Positions 1 to 7,448 of a stretch of DNA of 64,000 nucleotides are shown here, one piece after another (within the stretch, counting starts at the first letter, position 1; the number at the start of each line of letters is the position of its first letter). The DNA lies in assembly GCA_050115495.1 (NCBI GenBank), contig JASFQK010000023.1, positions 1 through 64,000 on the forward strand. The letters are read 5' to 3'. The notes below the pieces were generated by a model, which saw only the letters and a program-made list of their open reading frames with translations, searched no databases and was not told where the DNA came from. Origin of the DNA: Phycisphaerae bacterium. GTDB lineage: Bacteria > Planctomycetota > Phycisphaerae > UBA1845 > Fen-1342. Both the position numbers and the translations under genes were made by a program.

Positions 1-48
1 AATCCGTCGCCGAACCGGAGAAGCTCATCGCAGCAGAGGACGAACACC

Positions 49-690
49 ATGACCACACCGACCACGCACCAACCGCACGCCTTCGCCCTGACGGCGTTGC
101 TCTCCGATCTCCAGCCACACCCCGAACTCGACCTGCCGACGATGGCCTACCACCTCCGCCAATCCGACGCCACCGCCGCCAACGGTCATAGCCACGCCGC
201 CATCAATGAGGCCCGCGCCGCCCTCGAAGCCCTCATCGTCAGCATTGCCTGCACGATCCGCCGCGATCTGCCCGGCTGCACCGATCCCCCGCTCCGCGAA
301 CGCGTCCAGGCCGGAACGGCGTTCCGCACCCACCGCCGCTGCTTACTGGACGCCGGCTTCGTCGACCCCGACGAGAACGAGCTTCTGCAATACGTCTACA
401 GCGTCGCCACCGCCCGAGGCAGCCATTACGGCGTAACCGACGACGCCTGGACCGGCTTAGCTCGGCGAATCGTCTTCGCCGCCGGCCAGTACTTCACGCA
501 ACGTTACGCGATCTGGAAGCAAAACGGCCGCCAGCCGGCGTCACCTCCCGCCAATCACCGCCAGCCGCCGCCACGCTCCTGGCTCCCCCGCCTCCTCGCC
601 ACCCTCCTGCCCCGCCGACAACCACCCCCAACGCCCGCCACCTCCACCAGGAGATCAGCCCGCCGCAAACGTGCGAATGCACACACATAG
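49..690 (+). CDS. Hypothetical protein with HEPN/Abi_C/DUF4145-like helical domain
   Basis: 213-aa ORF with AGAGGA upstream. The segment HLRQSDATAANGHSHAAINEARAALEALIVSI and a later RGSH resemble HEPN-fold proteins. Pro/Arg-rich tail. Confidence 0.5.
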   Translation: MTTPTTHQPHAFALTALLSDLQPHPELDLPTMAYHLRQSDATAANGHSHAAINEARAALEALIVSIACTIRRDLPGCTDPPLRERVQAGTAFRTHRRCLLDAGFVDPDENELLQYVYSVATARGSHYGVTDDAWTGLARRIVFAAGQYFTQRYAIWKQNGRQPASPPANHRQPPPRSWLPRLLATLLPRRQPPPTPATSTRRSARRKRANAHT

Positions 691-709
691 AGCGTCGCGC
701 GGCGGTCGA

Positions 710-767
710 CGTCGGCCACGGGGGGCCGACGCTACAGAAGACGGCCGGCACGGAGACCGGCCGCTAC
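710..767 (-). repeat. Two tandem GTAG-type REP-like palindromes
   Basis: Minus strand reads GTAG-CGGCCGG-N8-CCGGCCG (767-742) and GTAG-CGTCGGCC-N6-GGCCGACG (735-710), between convergent genes. Confidence 0.7.
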
Positions 768-783
768 ACCTCGTTGCCTCCCC

Positions 784-2691
784 TCACTCCTTCTTCTGCG
801 CGTAGCCCATTTCGCGCAGGGCGCCGGTGATTTCGTCCAGGATCGTCGGGTCGTCGATCGTCGCCGGGACCTGGTACTCCGAGCCGTCGGCGATGCGCTT
901 CATCGTGCCGCGCAGGACCTTGCCGCTGCGCGTCTTCGGCAAGCGCTTCACGACCGTCACCAGCTTGAACGCCGCCACCGGACCGATGCGCTCGCGCACC
1001 ATCTGCACCAGTTCGCGGGCGATGTCTTCCTGCGGCGTTTCGATCCCCGCCTTCAGCACGACGAAGCCGAACGGCAACTCGCCCTTGAGCTGGTCGGCGA
1101 CGCCGATGACGGCGCATTCGGCGACCGCCGGATGGGAGGCCAGTACCTCTTCCATCCCGCCGGTGGAGAGGCGGTGGCCGGCGACGTTAATGATGTCGTC
1201 GGTGCGGGCCATGATGTAGATGTAGCCGTCCTCGTCGAACATGCCGGCGTCGCCGGTGAGGTAGTAACCGGAGTAGGCGGACAGATACGAGTCGATGTAG
1301 CCCTGGTCGTTGTTCCAGAGCGTCGGCAGACAGCCGGGCGGCAGGGGCAGCTTGACGACGATGCTGCCGATCTTGCCGACCGGAACGGGGTGGCCGCCCT
1401 CATCGAGAATGCGGATGTCGTAGCCCGGCGACGGCCGCGTCGGCGAGCCCGCCTTCACCGGCAGCGGGCACAGACCCATGCAGTTGGCGGCGATGCCCCA
1501 GGCCGTTTCCGTCTGCCACCAGTGATCGATGACCGGAACGCCCAGGTGCTGCTCGGCCCAGTGCAGCGTGTCGGGATCGCACCGCTCGCCGGCGAGGAAC
1601 AGGGCGCGGAAGTCGCCGAGGTTGTACTTCTTCAGGAATTCGCAGTTGGGGTCTTCGCGCTTGATGGCGCGGAAGGCGGTCGGGGCGGTGAAGAGCACGT
1701 TGACGTTATGCTCGGAGATGACCCGCCAGAAGGCGCCGGGGTCGGGCGTGCCGACGGGCTTGCCCTCGTACAGGATCGTAGTGCAGCCCTTGAGCAGGGG
1801 GGCGTAGAGGATGTACGAGTGGCCGACGACCCAGCCGATGTCGGAGGCGGCCCAGTAGACGTCGCCGGGCTCGACGTTGTAGATGGCCTTCATGGTCCAC
1901 TTCATGGCGACCGCATGGCCGCCGTTGTCGCGGACGACGCCCTTCGGCACGCCGGTGGTGCCGGAGGTGTAGAGGATGTAGAGCGGGTCGGTGGCCTGGA
2001 GCGGGACGCAGTCGACCGGCTGCGCGTCGGCCATCAGCTCGGTCCAGTCGAGATCGCGGCCGGCCTGCATGTCGGCGGTGAGCTGCGGGCGCTGGTAGAC
2101 GATGCAATGCTCCGGCTTGGGCGAGGACATGTGGATGGCCTCGTCGAGCAGGGGCTTGTACGGGATCGTCTTCTTGCCCTCGATGCCGCAGGAAGCGGAG
2201 ACGATCAGCTTCGGCCGGGCGTCGACGATGCGCTTGGCCAGCTCCTTGGCGGCGAAACCGCCGAAGACGACGGAGTGGATGGCGCCGATGCGGGCGCAGG
2301 CGAAGACGGCGACGACAGCCTCGGGGATCATCGGCATGTAAATGAGGACGCGGTCGCCCTTGGTGATGCCCTGGGCGGTGAGGACGCCGGCGAAGCGGGC
2401 GACGAGGTCGCGCAGCTCGCGGTAGGTGAACTTGCGGGTCGTGCCGGTGACGGGGCTGTCGTAGATGAGGGCCAACTGGTCGGCCCGGCCGTTCTCGACG
2501 TGATAGTCGAGGGCGTTGTAGCACGTATTGAGCTCGCCGCCGGCGAACCAGCGGTAGAACGGCTTGCGGCTGTCATCGAGGACGCGGTCCCACTTCTTGA
2601 ACCAGTGTATGTCCTCGGCGGCCTGGCCCCAGAACTGGTCGGGGGCTTCGATGGACTGCCGATAGAGTGCGTCGAACTCCGCCTTCTCCAT
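784..2691 (-). CDS. prpE: Propionyl-CoA synthetase (acetate/propionate-CoA ligase family)
   Basis: 635 aa. AMP-binding loop YILYTSGTTGVPKG, DHWWQTET, RTDDIINVAGHRLS and LPKTRSGK with the acetylation-site Lys. GCAGGAG RBS. Confidence 0.9.
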   Translation of the reverse strand: MEKAEFDALYRQSIEAPDQFWGQAAEDIHWFKKWDRVLDDSRKPFYRWFAGGELNTCYNALDYHVENGRADQLALIYDSPVTGTTRKFTYRELRDLVARFAGVLTAQGITKGDRVLIYMPMIPEAVVAVFACARIGAIHSVVFGGFAAKELAKRIVDARPKLIVSASCGIEGKKTIPYKPLLDEAIHMSSPKPEHCIVYQRPQLTADMQAGRDLDWTELMADAQPVDCVPLQATDPLYILYTSGTTGVPKGVVRDNGGHAVAMKWTMKAIYNVEPGDVYWAASDIGWVVGHSYILYAPLLKGCTTILYEGKPVGTPDPGAFWRVISEHNVNVLFTAPTAFRAIKREDPNCEFLKKYNLGDFRALFLAGERCDPDTLHWAEQHLGVPVIDHWWQTETAWGIAANCMGLCPLPVKAGSPTRPSPGYDIRILDEGGHPVPVGKIGSIVVKLPLPPGCLPTLWNNDQGYIDSYLSAYSGYYLTGDAGMFDEDGYIYIMARTDDIINVAGHRLSTGGMEEVLASHPAVAECAVIGVADQLKGELPFGFVVLKAGIETPQEDIARELVQMVRERIGPVAAFKLVTVVKRLPKTRSGKVLRGTMKRIADGSEYQVPATIDDPTILDEITGALREMGYAQKKE

Positions 2692-2880
2692 TCGGTATCT
2701 CCTGCTTTCCTGGACGGTGAACCCGTGGCCGACATCGAAATCGGCTAAACGTGATCAGGTTTCGGGTACGCCGATCGGGGCCGGAATGGCCCGCAGAAAC
2801 GTAACAGGGGGAGCATATGCGGAGTCGGCCGCCGGTGCAACGCAGGGCGTGTCGCCGGCGGCCGACGTGTTGAGGGCACG

Positions 2881-3923
2881 AAAAAAGCGACGTGAGGTTT
2901 GGAGCTCGCCGCGCCCTTCAGAGTATTCGGTTCCGCTGCTTGGCACCCGCCGTCACCGGCCGACGCCATCCTCTCGGAGTTGGCTGCCCGTTCAGAGTTT
3001 CACCTGCCGAAGTAGCGCCCGTATCGGTTAGACGCTCCCGCTATGCCGTTGGCCGTTTCCTCGGCTTTGCGGTTTTCCCTCGGGCAGGCCCGGAGGACAC
3101 AGTTAAGCGCCCACGCGAACCTCTCTTCGGGTTTCGCTCTCCGCCAGAGTATTACCCAGCGGACCCTAGTCGCCCGGCCGAAGCCGGCCGACTCCTCTCA
3201 TGGGCTTCCACATCCCTTCAGCACGCTCAGACTCGGAGGTCCACTTACCACGGGCTTGCCTCACCCGCTACGTTCCGCCCTCAGGGTTTGGTCACCCTCT
3301 CGGCGGCTTACTCCCTCCGAGCCCCAGCCGGTTTTCTTTCGCACCGGCGGCGCTCATGGGATTCACCCTTCGGAGCTTTCCCCTCTCACAAGGTATCCAC
3401 GCGTCTCCGCGAGGAAGGACCCACTTACCGTTTCTCCTGCCGTTTCTACCGGTGCCGAAGCACCGAGCCGGCCCGGCAGGCCGCGGTTTCTGGGCTTTGA
3501 CCCTTGCGAGAGTCCCTGGCGACCGGAGCGGGATTAGCGCTCCGACCACTGGCTGCTCCCATGGGTTTCACCCTTCCAGGGTTTTCCACCGGAAGCCTTG
3601 GCCAAGCTTTCGCCCGGCCTCCTCTCACGCGCTTGCCGAACCCGCCCGAAGACGGGCCCGCGGCGCCCCAGAGTCTCGATCAGCCTCCGGCTGGTCCCAC
3701 CCGCCATAACGGCAAGCCGCTACGGACGGCCAAGACAGCCCTCATAGGGTTTCCGCACCTGCTAAATCCCAAACATTCGGGGGCGCGCTCTCCGGGTTAT
3801 GTATTCACCTCAGACCGCGTCGTACATTGCTGCCGACCGACCAGCCTTCCTTGGAGAGCCCCGCTTCCCTGCCGGAGCTGCTGGGACTCGCTTCGGTGCC
3901 GAGCCCGCGACCTCATCGTCACA
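2881..3923 (-). ncRNA. Candidate large (~1,040 nt) structured non-coding RNA, family not identified
   Basis: Upstream sigma70 promoter. 5' GUGACG-A-UGAGGU (3922-3910) pairs with 3' ACCUCA-CGUCGC (2898-2887), followed by U6 (2886-2881). C(UUCG)G hairpins at 3656-3641, 3465-3450 and 3187-3174. About 10 copies of an AA(A)CYCY-Nx-RAGRG motif. No credible CDS. Confidence 0.8.
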
Positions 3924-3929
3924 AGAGTA

Positions 3930-3958
3930 AGGTTAGCACACGTTTAGCGTAAGGTCAA
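3930..3958 (-). promoter_or_regulatory. Sigma70-type promoter of the large ncRNA candidate
   Basis: Minus strand TTGACC (3958-3953), 17-nt spacer, TAACCT (3935-3930) with extended TG. The predicted start near 3923 coincides with the 5' strand of the terminal helix. Confidence 0.8.
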
Positions 3959-4138
3959 AAACGAGTTCGGGTATTGACAGTGTGTGAAATGCGCAGCGCG
4001 CAAGGCCACACTCGTAACTGACGGAAGCACCATGAGTAGGCGTCGATATATCGGACGGTTAAATCTATCGAAAAGACTTTCGCTGACATGTTATCCACAT
4101 GCTGTCCACTGATTGTGTTTTTGTGAAGATGCGGCGGG

Positions 4139-5443
4139 CTACAGGAGATTGGCGGCGAGCTCGGCCAGGGAGCTACGTTCACCCTTGCGCAACTCGATGT
4201 GCGCTGCGATCGGCTGGCTCCGAAACCGGTTCGCGAGGTGCGTGAAGCCGTTGCTCTCGGAGTCGACGTAGGGGTTATCGATCTGGTACGGATCGCCGGT
4301 GAGCACGACCTTCGCGTCCTGACCAATGCGGGTGATGATCGTCTTGACTTCGAGGGGGGTGAGGTTCTGGGCCTCGTCGATGACGACGTAGCGGCGGGCG
4401 ATGCTGCGGCCGCGGATGTAGGTGAGCGGCTGGATCTCCATCACGCCGGCGCGGAGCAGGCCGCCGCAGTCGGCGTGGCCCTTGATCGGGCCGCCGGTGT
4501 CCATGAGGAACTCGACCGTATCGACGACAGGCTTCATCCAGGGGGCAAGCTTGCTGCCGATGTCGCCGGGGAGATAGCCGAGGTCGCGACCGACGGGGAT
4601 GATCGGCCGGGCGACGAGGACGGCGCGGCAGCGCTTCTTGCGCAGGGTGATGTGCAGGGCGGCGGCGATGGCGAGCAGGGTCTTGCCGGTGCCCGCCTTG
4701 CCCATGAGCGTGACGAGCTGGATGTGCTCGTCGAGCAGGGCGTCGATGGCGAAGTATTGTTCCTTGTTGCGCGGGCGGATACCGCAGACGCCGGTCTCGG
4801 GGTCGTGCAGGGTGACGAGGCGGTGTTGGTCGGCGTCGTGGCGGGCCAGGGCGGAGCCGTGGCCGCCGTCCGCCGGGTGGAGCAGGACGTACTCGTTGGG
4901 CGACAGGTCGTCGTCGGGCCAGTCGAGGTGGCCGTCGCGGCGGAAGGTCTCGAACTGCTCGGACGTGATTTGGCGGTCGGTCTGGCCGGTGTAGACGTCC
5001 GAGAGCTGCACGTGGTCGGACTCGTAATCCTCGGCGCGGACGCCGACGGCGTCGGCCCGCACGCGGAGGTTGATGTCCTTGGTGACGACGACCACGGGGA
5101 CGTCGGGCTCGGTTTCGTGGATGCGGCGGGCGACGCGGAGGATCTCGGCGTCGGCGGAGCCGGTGTGGCGGTCGCTGATGGCCTCTTCCGGGGCGCAGTA
5201 GACGCGGAGCACGCCGCCGCTGTCGAGCGTCACGCCCGAGGCGAGGCTCTGGCCGTTGCGCAGGGCGTCGAGGACACGGACGACGGCGCGAGCGTTGTAG
5301 CCGCGGGCGGTCATTTCCTTCTTAAAACGGTCGATTTCGGTGATGACGCCGACGGGGATGATGACCGTGTTGTCGGCGAATTCGAAGACCGATTGGGGGT
5401 CGTGGAGGAGGACGTTGGCATCCAGGATGTAGTTCTTACGCAT
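4139..5443 (-). CDS. PhoH family protein with N-terminal PIN domain (PhoH2/YlaK-like ATPase)
   Basis: Start reassigned to ATG at 5443 (MRKNYILDANVLLHD), 434 aa. PIN motifs LDANV and TKDINLR, Walker A GKAGTGKT, GYLPG, YIRGRS, IDEAQN, GDPYQID. Confidence 0.92.
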   Translation of the reverse strand: MRKNYILDANVLLHDPQSVFEFADNTVIIPVGVITEIDRFKKEMTARGYNARAVVRVLDALRNGQSLASGVTLDSGGVLRVYCAPEEAISDRHTGSADAEILRVARRIHETEPDVPVVVVTKDINLRVRADAVGVRAEDYESDHVQLSDVYTGQTDRQITSEQFETFRRDGHLDWPDDDLSPNEYVLLHPADGGHGSALARHDADQHRLVTLHDPETGVCGIRPRNKEQYFAIDALLDEHIQLVTLMGKAGTGKTLLAIAAALHITLRKKRCRAVLVARPIIPVGRDLGYLPGDIGSKLAPWMKPVVDTVEFLMDTGGPIKGHADCGGLLRAGVMEIQPLTYIRGRSIARRYVVIDEAQNLTPLEVKTIITRIGQDAKVVLTGDPYQIDNPYVDSESNGFTHLANRFRSQPIAAHIELRKGERSSLAELAANLL

Positions 5444-5842
5444 GTCGCCGCCAGTGTAGCACGTGGTGGCACCGACGCCAGAGGCGATGGCGGCAGGCGC
5501 TCGGCGTCGGTGTGGGCGCTCGGCGGAGCACGCGTTGCCAATAGTCGTCGCCCTGCTGGCCGACGCCGCAAACAGTGATGCGCTGCAGCCAAGACCTCTC
5601 GTACAGCGAACGCAGGGATTGTGTAAGCCCGGATCCCGTGAGGAGTTCTCGGATCCGGCAGCAGTGAGCCATAAGCGCATTCACAGTAATTGTTTACGCC
5701 TGGCGCCTGGGATCAGTTGAGAAACATGGGTCGTATTTCGGTTATGTCTCAGACATGGTAGCGATACTGCGCCGCTCTGTTACAATGAGGCCAGCCTTTG
5801 GTTGTTGCACTTGTCCAGGATTTCATGAAGGAGGAAGCATCC

Positions 5843-6967
5843 ATGTTGAGACTATGCAGCAGGCTGGGATTGGGGCTCACGTTGATTGGGTGTGCTGGTA
5901 CGTTACCCGCCTTGGGCCAACCGCATGAACCGGCACACGTACAGGAGGGGCTTGGCGTAACACTGCCTCAGACCGCCCTTCTGCGAACCGGCTATGAGAT
6001 CATCCTGATTGACCCGCCGGAGGCGCCACCCACGTCGACCACGCAAGCCTGTGCTGTTAACAACGTCGGTGAGGTGCTCGGGAACTACTCGAGGCCCGGC
6101 TTCATCTTCTATACGGGGGCGATCTGGCGGGACGGCGAACTGACGACGGTAGACAGCTCTGCCAGTCAGCAACACGACATCAACGAGGCTGGACACGCCG
6201 TGGCGACCCGGAGTGCCCTCTGGTCGTACGAGGCGATCATGTGGCGCGACGGCGAGGAAATCGACCTTGGCATTCCGTCGTACAGCTTTGCGTACGGCAT
6301 CAATGACTGCGATCAGGTTGTGGGCGATTACGAAGACGCGTTCGGCGACAGACGGGCCTTTTTCTGGGATGACTTCGTATTGACGGGCCTTCCCAGACTG
6401 AACGGTCCGGAGAGCACGGCGATTGCGATCAACAATGCGCAGCAGATTGCCGGTTACGCTGACTACGTGAACCCCGAGCACCCGGAGGCCGCAGTGTCCT
6501 GCGCGGTGCGCTGGGAGCACGTCGATGGGGAGTGGGTGATATCGCCGATCGCGCCGCTCGGTACATACAGTTTTGCGATGGATATCAACGAAGCGGGTGA
6601 TGTGGTCGGTGCGATTCGCAATGGCTCGGCCAACCGCCAGCCGGCGTTGTTTACTGAAGAGGGTGTGACAATCCTGAACGAAGAGACTGCCTGGGGCATC
6701 GCGCGAGGTATGAACAATGCGGGCGATGTAGTGGGTTCGTATGAGTCTGTCGGTTCTGGGGACGACAGCGCGTTTCTTTGGAAGGACGGTGTTTTCACCG
6801 ACCTCAACGATCTGCTTCGGCCGTCGGCGCAAGCGGATTGGGATCTCTGGTGTGCTTCTGACATCAACGACCAAGGGTGGATAGTCGGCATTGGCGACTA
6901 TCAGGGAGAGATGCGTGGGTTTGTTCTGTGTCCGGTGGTCGTTCGTGATGCCAAGCGTCTTCGTTGA
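5843..6967 (+). CDS. Secreted HAF-repeat (DUF3466-like) protein
   Basis: AAGGAGG RBS then ATG at 5843. Signal-peptide-like N-terminus. Repeated A-x-x-INxxG-x-VVG and AFLW-x-DG units ending in DLNDLL...ASDINDQGWIVG. Confidence 0.85.
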   Translation: MLRLCSRLGLGLTLIGCAGTLPALGQPHEPAHVQEGLGVTLPQTALLRTGYEIILIDPPEAPPTSTTQACAVNNVGEVLGNYSRPGFIFYTGAIWRDGELTTVDSSASQQHDINEAGHAVATRSALWSYEAIMWRDGEEIDLGIPSYSFAYGINDCDQVVGDYEDAFGDRRAFFWDDFVLTGLPRLNGPESTAIAINNAQQIAGYADYVNPEHPEAAVSCAVRWEHVDGEWVISPIAPLGTYSFAMDINEAGDVVGAIRNGSANRQPALFTEEGVTILNEETAWGIARGMNNAGDVVGSYESVGSGDDSAFLWKDGVFTDLNDLLRPSAQADWDLWCASDINDQGWIVGIGDYQGEMRGFVLCPVVVRDAKRLR

Positions 6968-7123
6968 TGGCCTGCCTGCCATCCTGAGTCGCAGGGCGTG
7001 ACAAGCACGAGTGCTTGATGCAGCGGGTGGAACAATTCGTGGCGTCCGTATTCCGTTTACAGGGAGGGCGACGGGCGCACTGAAAGCACTCTTACTCCTT
7101 TCCTCCTCTGACCTGCCTCCCTG

Positions 7124-7154
7124 GGGGGCCGCTTAGGGCGGCCCCCTTTTGTTT
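7124..7154 (+). terminator. Intrinsic terminator
   Basis: GGGGGCCGC-TTAGG-GCGGCCCCC stem followed by TTTTGTTT. Confidence 0.8.
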
Positions 7155-7254
7155 GGTTCTTCACGGAATAACGGGGAGCTGGGAAGACAGGGTGGGGTCT
7201 GGTTATCGCCGCGGGGCCGCGGTGGTCGGGTGGTTCTCCGGGTACTTGGGAGTT

Positions 7255-7368
7255 GGCGGGCACGGCCCGCCCTACTCGGTGGTTTCCCGGTACTCCGTGA
7301 CGAGCCCTTTGTTTGGGGCCCGCGCGGAATATCGGTGGACTGTGCCGGTGGGGCGGGCTATGGCCGCT
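7255..7368. repeat. Pair of GTAG/GTGG REP-like palindromes
   Basis: Minus GTAG-GGCGGGC-CGT-GCCCGCC (7275-7255) and degenerate plus GTGG-GGCGGGC-TAT-GGCCGCT (7348-7368). Similar to the arms at 53904-53968. Confidence 0.55.
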
Positions 7369-7448
7369 GCGTGGTACTCGCAATGGACCTCGGGGCGGTG
7401 TCGCCGGGGTGGATGACGCCCGCGCGGGTGGCGATAACGGGCGGTGGG

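Noticed and set aside
2881..3923. rRNA, RNase P RNA, tmRNA or group II intron as the identity of the RNA
   Set aside because: No universal 16S/23S motifs, no GAGGAAAGUCC, no tRNA-like ends with CCA, and no GUGYG start, domain V or RT ORF seen. This was judged by eye, so an Rfam scan is still needed.
2892..3947. Overlapping ORFs of 60-202 aa on both strands in the 2.9-3.9 kb region
   Set aside because: No recognisable domains, no clear RBS, Arg/Pro/Ser-rich composition and mutual overlap. They are better explained as shadows of a structured RNA.
3974..4002. Plus-strand TTGACA hexamer
   Set aside because: No plausible -10 element at 16-18 nt, and it points at the 3' end of the PhoH gene.
4091..4099. 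Replication origin
   Set aside because: Only one perfect DnaA box, no extended AT-rich unwinding element, and no dnaA/dnaN/gidA context.
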